A stretch of DNA of 64,000 nucleotides from Octopus sinensis (taxonomy: Eukaryota), in assembly GCF_006345805.1 (NCBI RefSeq), contig NC_043006.1:76198001-76262000 (forward strand). Direction: 5' to 3'. Each line of letters opens with the position of its first letter. Within the stretch, counting starts at the first letter, position 1. A model generated the notes under the pieces. It saw nothing but the letters and a program-made list of their open reading frames with translations. It was not told the DNA's origin and made no database searches. This document shows, piece by piece, positions 12,991 through 25,711 of this stretch. The translations under genes were made by a program, and so were the position numbers.

Positions 12991-14148
12991 CTCTCTCACT
13001 CTATATATAATACTTGTGTGTGTGTGAGCATGCTTTTGTGTGAACGCGCGCATGTGCATGTATATATATATTCATTGTTAATGGTGAAAATAAATGTATC
13101 CAACATTCACATAACCTACAACTTTTCCGTTAATTTTTGCTATATATATTGTGAACACGTTATCATGCATGTTTATAAGTTCTGTGTAAAATTATAGACG
13201 TGCAGCCCACAGCTTACAACTTCTTAGCAAATAAATAAAATTCGAAGAATGTGACAAACTATGTTTACCTGCAATGCAACAGCTACTGAAGTGGATAAAC
13301 ATAACACTTGCAAAATTTAATCCGCCATCACACTTAAATAAGGAAAAATAGACTTAGTGTATACTAGTTAACCTCACATTTCTGTCATTTTTATTGCTTT
13401 CAGCTAACTTCTAAAACACAGTAAGTTATTTATTGACAAATGAATATGTTTTGAAAACTTTTCCTGAATGATAACATGAATATATTGAAGCGTCTTCAGA
13501 TATAATTTAACGAACATTAACAACGTTTTAATGAGATCAGTTTTGAAGATTGCTCTGAGAATTTTATGATCGGTTTCAGAATTTTATTATTTAATGTCTG
13601 TTTAAATACTACTTCCAATACAAAATAAATGAATGGTCTTAATTCATTGCTTCAGATTGAAATCTACTTTTATTACAATACTATGTGTAATAAAACCTAA
13701 ACAATATTGCAAAGGTACGAAATACAGTTTGGTTTTTATGATGGGAGTGATAATTGTTGTTGCATCCTATTTCGTTGCATAATGAATCACTTTTAACAAT
13801 CTCCTACTTCCAGACAATGATACATTACATTCAACAAAAGATAACAGAATTTTATACAACTCAAGGAAGGCGCTTAAAAAATTCGGATTGACCTGCTAGA
13901 AATAACAATGAACTACTCTACATTACATGCAAGCGTCTTGAGTAAGCCTGTTAATAGTCGATAAAATTGGCTTTAATATGCTAGAAACGATGTAGAATGA
14001 TAGTCACTCCACATTCTTTACCGGTAATGGCATAATCAGTCCTAGATGAGCAACCAAGAATAATAGTTTCAAGAAAACATGTGTGTATGCGTGTGTGTGT
14101 GTGTGTGTGTGTATGTGTGTGTGAGAGAGAGAGAGACAGAGAGAGAGA

Positions 14149-14450
14149 GAGGTCACATGGATTAGTGGTTAGGATGTTGCACCCGCGATCTATCGGTCGC
14201 GATTTCAATTTCTAGACCGGGTGGTTCATTGTGTTCTCGCGTAAAACACTTCATCTCACGTTGCTCCACGATCACTTCGGCACATGGCGCGTGAAACTCA
14301 GCTTCTCTGTTCAAACAACGTCGAGTTGGTGGAGAGAGTGTCTTAATGTACGGCACGAGCATGTGATCACTATAAAAGAAAACGTTTGTGCAGGTCGCTC
14401 GGCAAAAGCTGAAAGCCCACACATAGTCTTCGACGGGAGAGTCCATTACA
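14149..14450 (+). mobile_element. tRNA-derived SINE (CORE-like), diverged
   Basis: A-box-like TGGATTAGTGGTTAGG, degenerate B-box GATTTCAATTTC, TTGTGTTCTCGCGTAAAACACTTCATCTCACGTTGCTCCA core. Confidence 0.75.
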
Positions 14451-14767
14451 CACCCACACACACGAATATATACATATGTAATTTGAAAGACATGTATGGC
14501 ATAATTTCAGCACTCTGCTTGGTGGGTATGGGTTAGAAGGTTACATCGAAACTCGTACTTGACTGGTACCTTATTTTATCTTCAAAATGCAAAATTGATT
14601 TCGGCGTCATTTCAACTTAAAATTTGAAAAAAATACCGATAAGCATTTTCCGAAGCGTTGAGGATTCTGCTAGCTTCCCACTTATACATATATATATTTT
14701 TAGATGTGTGTGTATGTGTATGCTACACTATATCAATCTCTGTATCTAAAAATATATATATGTATAA

Positions 14768-15115
14768 GTGGGAAGCTATGCTTGGTATCTCGTTGAGAGA
14801 GCACATAAATAGCAAGATCATCAGAAAGAAGTCCGGCGTGAGAGATGTCATCGCAGAGTATACTCGCAGCAAGTATAGATGGGCTGGACACGTCGCCCGG
14901 CTCACCGATAATCGGTGGATGCACGCAGATCTCGAGTGGTACCCGCGTGAGCGGAAAAGACCACCCGGAAGATCTCCACGACGGTGGAGTGACGATTTCA
15001 AGAGGACGATTGGGATCACGTGGATGAGAAAGGCGCGATCCAGAGAGGAGTGGACAGCGTGCTGTGACCAGCGGTGTCAAATGGACGTCTGACGGACTGG
15101 TCGGTCAAAGTGATC
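14768..15115 (+). mobile_element. RTE-clade LINE, 5'-truncated 3' end (RT C-terminal domain)
   Basis: AMLGISLREHINSKIIRKKSGVRDVI...KYRWAGHVARLTDNRW....WYPRERKRPPGRSPRRWSDD is the RTE C-terminal signature; stop at 15092. Confidence 0.9.
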
Positions 15116-15516
15116 AAATATTACAATATATACATATATATATCACTTCAAAGGGAAGTGATATATATATATGTATGTATTGTAAACATTTTTAAACAAA
15201 GTTTGAAAGGGTGGAATGTGTTTTGTATTTTACAGGAAAGTAATGTATTTCGGATGCAGTATGACCGTGAAAACAGCGTAATGACTGGGTATTTAACTCT
15301 CATAAGATGAGAAAAGTTGTCAGCAAACAACGGGACATTATAAGCAAAATGTTGTTGCATTACAAAAGCTAAAATATTTAGGGTTTAATTTGACAGAAAT
15401 CCTTAGGCTGAACAGTTGAGTACTCAGTCATTATTGGAGGTGTACGAGTTCGAGACTGTGGCTGTCTGCTGATTACCTTTTCTATTTTATAAGGGTGAAG
15501 TCAGCATTATCCATAA

Positions 15517-15570
<54 letters not shown>

Positions 15571-15575
<5 letters not shown>

Positions 15576-16162
15576 TAATGAGGGTGAAAAATTAGATATT
15601 AATTTAATAATACCACTAGTTTAACACCAAGTGGCCTATCACATAAAAACCAGGGAGACAGTACAAATTTATACGTTAATATAAGAGAGTTACCATTAAG
15701 TGGTTAACTCTAGTGCTAGAAATAGCTCCTTATTCTGGTATAGCCACCGAAGTTGTTTCCACAAAAGAAATAACATTACCTTCAACGTAAGGAAAGCGAA
15801 ATACAACGAAAAGATAGATTAATGCTGAACAATTGTTTCTTTATCAATATAATATGCAATTATACTCACATATTTATCTATAAATCATCGGCAGCATTTG
15901 TCCTCGATACAATTTATCAGACCCTCACGGGCGATAAATACCCATGCGGTCTAATCGATTGCATACATAGTTGCGATTTAGCCTCCCCGCCAAAAGTATG
16001 CCAAGACTTAGTGGAAACTAATACTGCATATAATATTTACTGCAGTATATTAAATTTATAAATTCATAAATGAGGGTGAAAAATTAGATATTAATTTAAT
16101 AATACCATCAGTTTAACACCAAGTTGCCTAGCACATAAAAAACCAGGGAGACAGTACAAATT

Positions 16163-16166
<4 letters not shown>
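15571..16166. mobile_element. Direct-repeat-bounded non-coding element in (TA)n
   Basis: About 103-bp near-identical direct repeats at 15571-15673 and 16062-16166 (period about 491) around unique sequence, with (TA)n on both sides. Confidence 0.7.
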
Positions 16167-16195
<29 letters not shown>

Positions 16196-16766
16196 ATGCA
16201 TTATGCTAGCTGCTTTCAGTCTCCTCGCGTTTCTTCGTTGTCAACAGCATATCTGACTTTTCACCCATGACCTCCCCCCCAGGCCACTGTCCTGTTTCGT
16301 TGCAGATCTGCATAGTTTGAAGCAATAGCGACAGACGAGAGTGGCAGCTACGTGTGCACTTCCGATTTTTTAGGTTTGCAAATGTCGCCACTCTTCCCTT
16401 GAAGTAGAACTTTCAATGGATAAGATGTCCCATAAGGCCACCATATACCGAAAATTGTACGTCATTGGGTTATAGTGATGAACGCTTGTAGAACAGGCAT
16501 ACAAATCTCTGAGTCTCCATGATTAGAACTTAGGGACAAATCTAATCGAGGTAACTAGCAGTCAATTTTGCCAGACAAACGACGGTAAAAAAACCAACAC
16601 CAGTCCTGGTGTTGCAAGATACATGTAAACACACACACACACACACACGTATATATCTTGGAATAATAAAATAGTGCGGATATATTTGGTATTTTATGCT
16701 TTATAACATGGGTTTCATTAAATTACTGGCTGGTTTGTATAATTGCTTTGCGCAAAAAATTGTATA

Positions 16767-16987
16767 CTCTCTTTTACACTCTTTTCTCTATTACTTGTTT
16801 CAGTCATTTGACTGTGGCCATGCTGGAGCACCGCTTTTAGTCGAGCAAATTGACCCCACGGCTTATTTTTGTAAGCCTTGTACTTATTCTATCAGTGTCT
16901 TTGCCGTACCGCTAAGTTACAGGGACGTAAACACACCAGCATCGGTTGTCAAGCGATGTTGGGAGGGGGGCAAGCACAGACATACTA

Positions 16988-17022
<35 letters not shown>

Positions 17023-17280
17023 CATATATGCAACGGGCTTCTTTCAGTTTCCGTCTACCAAATCCACTCACAAGGCTTTTAGAGGGGACAAACAAGGACA
17101 GACAAAGGGATTAAGTCTATTATATCGACCCCAGTGCGTAACTGGTACTTATTTAATCGACCCCGAATGGATGAAAGGCAAAGTCGACCTCGGCAGAATT
17201 TGAACTCAGAACGTAGCTGCAGACGAAATAACGCTAAACATTTCGTCCGGCGCGCTAACGTGTATACCAGCTCGCCGCCT
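16767..17280 (-). mobile_element. Chimeric SINE: family A head and core fused to family C 3' half with internal (TA)/(TG) microsatellite
   Basis: Minus strand runs AGGCGGCGAGCTGG... core ...GTTTGTCCCCTCT and then switches near 17078 to AAAGCCTTGTGAGTGGATTTGGTAGACGGAAACTGAAAGAAGCCCG (as at 25590 and 29130), continuing into the family C tail. Confidence 0.85.
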
Positions 17281-17282
17281 AG

Positions 17283-17331
17283 AAAAATATGGAACGCTTC
17301 ACGTTTTGCGTGTCATCCTTGCGCAGGAGCC

Positions 17332-17364
<33 letters not shown>

Positions 17365-17388
17365 AATATGTACCGCCGTAGCTAGTAC
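17283..17388 (-). ncRNA. U6: U6 spliceosomal snRNA, full-length diverged copy (variant gene or pseudogene)
   Basis: Reverse complement GTACTAGCTACGGCGGTACATATTCTAAAATTGGAACGATACAGAGAAGATTAGCATGGCTCCTGCGCAAGGATGACACGCAAAACGTGAAGCGTTCCATATTTTT. ACAGAGA box, AGC triad and T5 end are intact; several changes from conserved metazoan U6. Confidence 0.95.
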
Positions 17389-17673
17389 ATGAATAGTAAA
17401 TATGAATACATATCTCCACGTAATGCAAATTTTCAACAATGTTGGTGGCTGATCATAAGGCATAATATGGACAGAAGGTCGAAGCAACAAGTGTTCATGT
17501 CTAAGTGGGCAGATACTAAAAATAATCGTACACTTACACGTCCCCATACGTATACAATTGCGAGTGGGGAAGAAGAGAAAGAAAAGGACTAGCACAGAAT
17601 ATTACATCAATAATCCTAATAAAACCGTAAAAATTCGAGCCCCAGCGATCACGAAAATAACACTAATGCCAGC

Positions 17674-18067
17674 CATTTTTATTGGAAGCACTCCGTCGGT
17701 TACGACGACGAGGGTTCCGGTTGATCCGAATCAACGGAACAGCCTGCTCGTGAAATTAACGTGTAAGTGGCTGAGCACTCCACAGACACGTGCGCCCTTA
17801 ACCTAGTTCTCGGGGATATTCAGCGTGACACAGAGAGTGAAAATGCCGGCCCTTTGAAATACAAGTACAACATTAACAGGAAGTAAGAGTGAGAGAAAGT
17901 TGTGGTGAAAGGGTACAGCAGGGATCACCACCATCCCCTGCCGGAGCCTCGTGGAGCTTTAGGTGTTTTCGCTCAATAAACACTCACAACACCAGGTCTG
18001 GGAATCGAAACCGCGATCCTATGACCGCGAGTCCGCTGCCCTAACCACTGGGCCTTTGCGCCTCCAC
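17674..18067 (-). mobile_element. tRNA-derived SINE family B, full length, with target-site duplication
   Basis: Head GTGGAGGCGCAAAGGCCCAGTGGTTAGG..GGTTTCGATTCCC; TSD AATGCCAGC at 17665-17673 and 18068-18076; tail shared with the copy at 24631. Confidence 0.9.
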
Positions 18068-18899
18068 AATGCCAGCAATATTAATTGTAGGAATAGCAGC
18101 TAAATTTTTACCATTCATGTCATAAATCAAGGCCATTGAGGTTAAAGGTCAGCTAATTGTCAAGTTTATGGCAGTAACTGGTTAGCTCCCTGACAGACAA
18201 AGAAAGGCTGTATTGATAAGTACGTCCCTGGCAATATTCATTTTAATCCGATTGTACAGTGGAAAGACTACAATAGTGTCCCTTATAATTAACCATGTAG
18301 AAGCGTGCAGTTTCCGTCTGAACAGCCTGTGATAAACCGAATTTCAAAATTGTACGTTGCTTACTCAGCATGGTTTATAGTGCGGGTGCTATAATTTTTG
18401 TGGGCGCACCATCATGATATTATTGCACTTTATCATCCAGACGTCATTTGTCTGAAATGACAAAATGGCCGATGATGAAGATAATGCAACACTACTAAGC
18501 TTATTTTGATTTTCATGAAATGAATTAATAATGAGAATATTTAGCTGAGCAACATATCAATTAATAATACTATACAATTTCACAGCTGCAAACAGGATAT
18601 CAGATGTTGCTAAACTGTAATAAACTGACCAAATTATAATTAATCTTAAATGCTTAGCTTCTAATTTAGAACATGTGCATTGGTGGATAATCACTTCACG
18701 GGAATCGTGATGCACAGACATATTTCAACGTAGTTACGCTCGAGTATTGAAAGTAAAATACGAAATAAATATTTGAGACTAATTAATGCTCTTCAGTGTG
18801 GTGTTCTGTCCAGGGAGAGTCTTTATTATCTTCATCTTGCTTTGCGATATCATCGATGCGTATACAAGGCAATTTTAAAATGGTATGCTGTTCAACGGT

Positions 18900-19340
<441 letters not shown>

Positions 19341-19593
19341 TACGTTATATATTTGTTTCGCAAGATATTTTATGTGAAATCGTGTTTTGAAACAGATATT
19401 GTTGTATTTAGGAATGGTCATTTTGCCAGTTTAACCAATAAAAACACACGCACTATATATTTGGTGTTACTTTGCTTCAGCGAAATAAGATTAAGATTAA
19501 TGTAAAAAACAAATAAAGCTGAAGCAAAGTAACATCAAATATATAGTGCGTGTGTTTTTATTGGGTAAACTGGCAAAATGACCATTCCTTAAT

Positions 19594-19625
<32 letters not shown>

Positions 19626-19689
19626 GTTGGCATCTTTTCTTCTCGGGAGACAATGAAGTTGCGCATAAACTAAACCAGTCTGGCTTTTA

Positions 19690-20035
19690 CATTTCATGTC
19701 CCCTCCAGTTTTGCGCAAGACTGGGCTAGATCTAAGAAAATCCTGGGTAGCCCAGTCGTCAGGATTCCTCTCTCGACCTTGCTGACGTAGGCCAAAGGAT
19801 TGCAGTGCATTACGTTTGACACCAGCTTGGTTGAAGCAGCTACCCGAAGAGTGTCGAGTCGAACAATAAACCGCCCACGGGGCTCCACTCTGGATTTCTT
19901 TGAAATTTGTCTCCTTTCAGTAACTCTGGATAGGGGCCCATACCGGGGCATGTCAGCCGGAGCCAGCTGAGCCCGGGATCCGCGTCAGGCAGGGTCGTAA
20001 CTCCCTAAATTAGTTAAGAAAATCGCTACCCACTA
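19690..20035 (-). mobile_element. GC-rich segment resembling an RTE-clade LINE 5'UTR
   Basis: AAATCCAGAGTGGAGCCCC..GCTGGTGTCAAACG..TCAGCAAGGTCGAGAGAGGAATCCTG..CTTGCGC..CTGGAGGGG resembles RTE 5'UTRs as I recall them (unverified). No ORF follows. Confidence 0.5.
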
Positions 20036-20037
20036 CC

Positions 20038-20063
<26 letters not shown>

Positions 20064-20068
<5 letters not shown>

Positions 20069-20433
20069 ATATATAAACGGCAGTTTGTCTGTGTGTGTTT
20101 CTGTGTGTCTGTTTTCTCGTACCCTCACTCTGACCACGGCTTTCAATCGATTCTGATGAAACTTGACACACACATAGCCCAATGTCATAATTCAAAACTA
20201 ACGCAGCGAAAATTTTGAAAAGTTCCCCCAGTTCTGAAAAAAATCGATAAATTCGACATGGGGTCGACAATCAGAAGCACAAACCACAGATGGGCTAGGG
20301 GACGCAACTCGACCTTTTTAACTATCAAAAAAAAATTTACCATCATTTTTTTTCCATTTTTTGGCTATAACTCTAAAAATGCTTTATAGTTATTTCCCTT
20401 ACAAACCCGAGCAACGCCGGGCGATACTGCTAG
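20064..20433 (+). mobile_element. Non-autonomous Helitron
   Basis: 5' TCTCTATATATAAA start, internal (TG/TCTG) repeat, 3' hairpin CCCG-AGCAACGC-CGGG (20406-20421) and CTAG end (20430-20433), inserted between A and T in (TA)n. Confidence 0.8.
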
Positions 20434-21274
20434 TATATACATAAATATAAATATACGCATATGTATATACATATATATACACGTATATATAAATATATTT
20501 GGATGTATACACATACATATATCTATATATTTACATATATATGTAAATATGCATATATATGTATACATACATATATATGTATACGTATATACATATACAA
20601 AGATACACACACACATATATAAATATACAAAGACACACACGCACACATACATCTATGTATGTATACATATATGTTCTTTATCACTCACCATTGTTACTAC
20701 TATAGACTTGGTCTTGTCTAAGCGATCATAACTCGAACAAGTGTATGATGTTAGAATTAGTAGTACCAGAAGCATAATAATATGCAGGTTCAAATTGCTT
20801 ATAAAAACATTCGGGTAATCATGTGTAATAAAAATGTAGTTAATATTCATGATTCTTCTTTAGATGTTACGCTAATTTAAGATTATGATTTAACTTTGAT
20901 GTAAAGATAGATAAAATAAGTACAAATTTACTGAAATCTGGCAATAAATTTAATATCACAAAGAGATATTTGTTTTCTCGAAACAAATATATTTTGTTGA
21001 GAAAATTATATCTGTTAAACTGCTTTATGCGACCGAAGTGGGGTCACATTTTTTATGCAAAGAAATTAGTAAAGCTCCCACACGTCAACAAGTGGCATGC
21101 TGCAAAAGTAGTGATGAGAGGAGCAATCAGTTGCTTGCTAATCTTTTGGATGTTAAAGGTTAGGATATGAAGGTTGTGATGTGGAAGTTATGCGTTTCAT
21201 TCTATTATAAGTTAACCAGTTGCAAAGTGAATCAGTCGGAGATTGCTCAGAATATATTATTAATAGTATTAGTC

Positions 21275-21410
21275 GCTGAACAGGCAGAATCGTTAGCACT
21301 TCAGAGAAAATGTTTAGCACCATTCCTTCTGGTTTTACGTTGTGAATTCAAATGCTACAGAAGTCGACGTTGCATTTTATTGTTTTGGGGTGGATGAAAT
21401 AGTTACCATT
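21275..21410 (+). mobile_element. Old, diverged SINE family A copy
   Basis: GGCAGAATCGTTAGCAC..ACGTTGTGAATTCAAATGC..GTCGACGTTGC..GGGGTGGATGAAATAG aligns loosely to family A. Confidence 0.55.
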
Positions 21411-21685
21411 TAAGAAATGGTATGGATGCAGTTGGCTTTCACTTCACCTGAAAATTGACTGCTTTGTGCCAAGAAAAAAAAAAGAAACATATTTATTTTG
21501 ATTATAGGTCCTTTTTATTTCAAAGTAGCCTATTTAGTGTGTTTTATTAATTTATTCTAAGAGCACGTCATACCATGATTAATTAAGAATTCGGTTACTA
21601 TAGTATCATGTATAATATCCGAATCATCACATTAACCAGCAAGCAATATTTTACGGAATGCACTTGCTTGGTTTTGTTTCGCTTT

Positions 21686-21756
<71 letters not shown>

Positions 21757-21835
21757 CGACGACGACGACGACGACGAAAACGATGACGACGATGACGACG
21801 ACGACACCGATGATGATGATGATGATGATGATGAT
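21686..21835. repeat. (AAC)n-(GAC)n-(GAT)n compound trinucleotide repeat
   Basis: Read directly from the sequence. Confidence 0.95.
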
Positions 21836-22480
21836 CTTGCGCTCGCAAGTCGGTACGTTTAAGGCTTTATGATTGCAAACGGTTAATTAGTTTTCCGTCA
21901 TATTCCTACAGGAAATAGGCCTAAAGTGATGATTTAAACACTTGGTGAATTATGCAAATATTACATTCGGGAAATTTTGACTCTTCACTGGGGATGATGT
22001 GGTTTCGGAGGGCTCTAAACTATAGATTATTCTGAAAAGTCCGTGTTACCGTAACTACGTTTCTTGTTACTTGTAGTGTTTATGGTTTAAAGGTTTTTAA
22101 AATAAAAACTGATTCATATGTTCTAATCCGAAGAAAATTCATGATTTTTTTTCATAGAAATAGCGCATATCTACCTGATGAAGCTTCCTTTCATTTACGG
22201 GATATCTTTATGCAAACAATTATAGAATTCTGATGTTTGGTAGTATTCCAAAGGCAACTGATTACAGCTGCAATGGAAGTGGCTCTGTGAATGATTTTCT
22301 ACAGGAGGTAAACTTAAGATGTATAGTGTTGAATTCTCTAAATGGGGTCAACTTAACGAAACAAGAAAAGGAGTTGACGTGGGCGAAATTTGAATTCAGA
22401 ATGTCAAGAGGGACGAAATGCCGTTAAGAAATTTGGTTTGCGAGGTAACGATTCTGCCGGCTCACTGTCATAATAATAAC

Positions 22481-22559
<79 letters not shown>

Positions 22560-22574
22560 TAATAATAATATTAA

Positions 22575-22740
22575 CGGAAAGTTTGTCTCTTAGGAATAGC
22601 AAGGATTGTCAGGAGGATTCTAAGCACTTGAAATACTGCTGAACATTTGGGGATATTTAAGGTTGCAGGCAGTAACCTGCTACCCACATAACTCTTACAG
22701 GAATAAGACCGAACCTGAACCAAACACCAAGATATCAGTA
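22575..22740 (+). mobile_element. R4/Dong-like non-LTR retrotransposon extreme 3' end inside (AAT)n
   Basis: RKVCLLGIARIVRRILST* (stop 22629-31) matches the QKxxLLGTARIxRxVL C-terminus of RLE elements; (AAT)n upstream and TAATAAT downstream. Confidence 0.7.
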
Positions 22741-22745
22741 ATAAT

Positions 22746-22956
22746 ATTTTCTACTAAAGGTACAAGGCCTGAAATTTTAGGGGAGAGAACTAGTCGATTA
22801 CATCGACCCCAGTATTTCACCGGTGCTTAATTTATCGTTCTTGAAAGAATGAAAGGCAAAACCGACCTCGGCAGGATTTGAACTCAGAACGGAAAGACAA
22901 ATGAAATGCCGCTAAGCATTTTGGCCGTCCTGCTAACAATCCAGCCAGCTTGCTGC

Positions 22957-22958
<2 letters not shown>
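22746..22958 (-). mobile_element. SINE family A, alternative tail (A2)
   Basis: Family A head and core with tail ...CCCTAAAATTTCAGGCCTTGTACCTTTAGTAGAAAAT. Confidence 0.85.
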
Positions 22959-23023
<65 letters not shown>

Positions 23024-23701
23024 TTAATGTTGCGCTCGCAGGTCGGTACGTTTAAAGTGTTATGACTACAAACGGTTAATTTGTTTCCCCACATATTCCT
23101 ACAGGAAATAGTCCTAACGTAATGATTTAAACACTTAGTGATTTATTCAAATATTATAATCGAGAAATTTTGACTATTCACTCTTCCTGGGAAGCTGCAT
23201 TAATCTTCCTCAAAGATAACATGAAATATGATGTATTGCAGAGTAATGAATGTAGAAAAGTTTTAAGTAACAATATGGCCGTTCTGAAAATAGAATGAAG
23301 TTAGTGTTTACCCAATGTCTATCGGGTGGACGGTTTTACTCATCGTTTTCCTACATTTTTAATTGCAAGCTTTACTCAATGCACGTGAACAATATACTTA
23401 CACTTCTATTTTCTTTTTAATTTTATATGAACGAAAAGAAAAAACAAATCCTTCGTATTTTTCCTGTATAACATTATTGACTTGTGTACAGAAATAACGT
23501 ATTCCCAACCAATATGGAAGCCAAATAAATCACAAATGCAATGTGGTTCTCAATAGTAAAATTATTAAAAGAAACTAATTCACAAGAAAATAAAATTGCA
23601 ATTTATCGTATCCGGAAAGAAATTTATTTAAGTTTTAGTACTTTTTTACTATTGTTATACACTAGCCCATTATAGAATATAATTATACTTAATTAATACA
23701 T

Positions 23702-24286
23702 ATTCTTTTCTTCTCAGGCACAAGGCCCGAAATGTTGTGGGGAGGACGCCAGTCGATTAGATTGATCTCAGTACGCAAATGGTACTTAATTTGTCGACCC
23801 CGAAAGGATGAAAGGCAAAGTTGACCTCGGCGGAATTTGAACTCAGAACGTAGCGACAGACGAAATACCTATTTCTTTACTACCCACAAGGGCCTAAACA
23901 CAGAGGGGACAAACAAGGACAGACAAACGGATTAAGTTGATTATATTGATCCCAGTGCGTAACTGGTACTTAATTTATCGACCCCGAAAGGATGAAAGGC
24001 AAAGTCGACCTCGGCGGAATTTGAACTCAGAACGTAGCGACAGACGAAATACCTATTTCTTTACTACCCACAAGGGGCTAAACACACAGGGGACAAACAA
24101 GGACACACAAACGGATTAAGTTGATTATATCGATCCCAGTGCGTAACTGGTACTTAATTTATCGACCCCGAAAGGATGAAAGGCAAAGTTGAACTCGGCG
24201 GAATTTGAACTCAGAACGTAACGGCAGACGAAATACGGCTACGCATTTCGCCCGGCGTGCTAAAGTTTCTGCTAGCTCGTCGCCTT
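23702..24286 (-). mobile_element. SINE family A head-to-tail trimer, 184-bp period
   Basis: CGAAATAC at 23861, 24045 and 24229. Only the first unit has the full tRNA-like head; the third unit carries the A2 tail. Confidence 0.92.
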
Positions 24287-24536
24287 AATACATATTGAAA
24301 TACAACGGGTAAAGTGAAAATACCTCGTATATATTTTCCTTACGTAATCCAGTCAATATTCATACAAAAATATCTTCATTATGGATGTTTTATTGCATAC
24401 AATATGAACGATGATTTAATAACTATTCTAAAACGTTATAAGTTTCGTGTTTTCTGGCTCCGATTATTTCGAAGGACTTAGAAAAGTAAAAAAAAAAAAG
24501 CTTGACGAGAGGCACTATATATGCACGCGCTCACAT

Positions 24537-24573
<37 letters not shown>

Positions 24574-24630
24574 TGTATCTATCTATCTATCTATCTATTT
24601 ATATACTGTGTGTGTGTGTGCGTGTGAGAA

Positions 24631-24863
24631 GGTGTGTGGCTTAGTGGTTAGGGTAATCGGCTCCACGTTATTGCATAAATGAGTAGTACCCGTAATTGAA
24701 AGGGACGGCATTTGTTGCATTCCGTGTCACACTGATTTTCTCTGAGAACTACTTTAAGAGTACGCGTATTTTTGGAATACTCAACCACTTGCACGTTAAT
24801 TTCACGAGCAGGCTGTTCCGTTGAACACATCCATGGAACGTTCGTCGTCGCAACCGACGGTGT
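24631..24863 (+). mobile_element. SINE family B, internally deleted
   Basis: TGGCTTAGTGGTTAGGG head and CACTTGCACGTTAATTTCACGAGCAGGCTGTTCCGTTG tail shared with 17674-18067. Confidence 0.75.
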
Positions 24864-25478
24864 ATCTGTTTTATATACAGCACAACATCTTGTGTTCATC
24901 TATTTTTGATGAAGGGTATCAAGTTTCGGAAGAAATCTGGTGATAAACATTGTCTCTAAAGAGTAAATGAACGCTTTCATGTCGCTATTGATATTACATG
25001 TTATCTTAGTTCGCCAGAAGCGTAGGCTTTACACGCTCTTCCTATTCCAAATATATTTATATTTGGTTAGCGACTTGGGAATTCTGAAAATATTTATTCT
25101 GCCTAGTGTTCGTGGGTGGCATGATCGGTAGAATTTTCGATGTTGCAATATTTTCTTATCATCCTGAACATCGTGTTTTTAAATCGCATCAATTCGTCTA
25201 ACATTTCATTCTTCCAAGGTTTCTATAAAATTATCTGTTCTAAGGTGTGCTTGCGCAACCTTTCCCAAAACAGTTGACCTGGTAACAATAACGTATAACT
25301 ACTTAGTGTAAGAATTCTTATAGCAATTATTTCGCACAACTTGTTCAAATTTCAGGAATGCAAATTTTGGACTTCACGCCACCGAATTTCCCAGAGTAAA
25401 AACCTTCGTGTTTTAGGACTTCCTTTTATGTTATATATAGGCTCATATATTGTGATAGTAAGGAATAAATATCCTATT

Positions 25479-25642
25479 GGCTCAGGAGTGCTTGTGTAGT
25501 TTGCTTACCAACCATATGGTTCCCGGTTCAGTAGCACTGCGTGGCACTTTGGGCAAGTGTATTCAACTAGAGCCTCGAGCCGACCAAAGCCTTGTGAGCG
25601 TATTTGGTAGGCGGAAACTGAAAGAAGCCCATCGTATATATG

Positions 25643-25711
<69 letters not shown>

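Larger units (their letters stand above)
21838..23182 (+). repeat. Two 152-bp dispersed direct copies (21838-21989 and 23031-23182)
   Basis: Ungapped hand alignment gives about 20 mismatches in 152 bp; each copy directly follows a trinucleotide tract. Confidence 0.85.

Noticed and set aside
17990-18067. tRNA genes at the SINE heads (also 1340-1388, 14149-14215, 31490-31565)
   Set aside because: They have A/B boxes but no complete cloverleaf, and they continue into SINE bodies.
18765-18796. CUGAAGAG...CUC-AAAUAUUU on the minus strand
   Set aside because: G12 is missing and there is no helix I.
19920-20035. HDV-like ribozyme at the 5' end of the RTE-like UTR
   Set aside because: I could not place L3, P1.1 and the C-N-A-A strand in the right order.
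23702-24286. Regularly spaced repeats as a CRISPR array
   Set aside because: Whole 184-bp units repeat with no unique spacers; they are SINE multimers in eukaryotic DNA.
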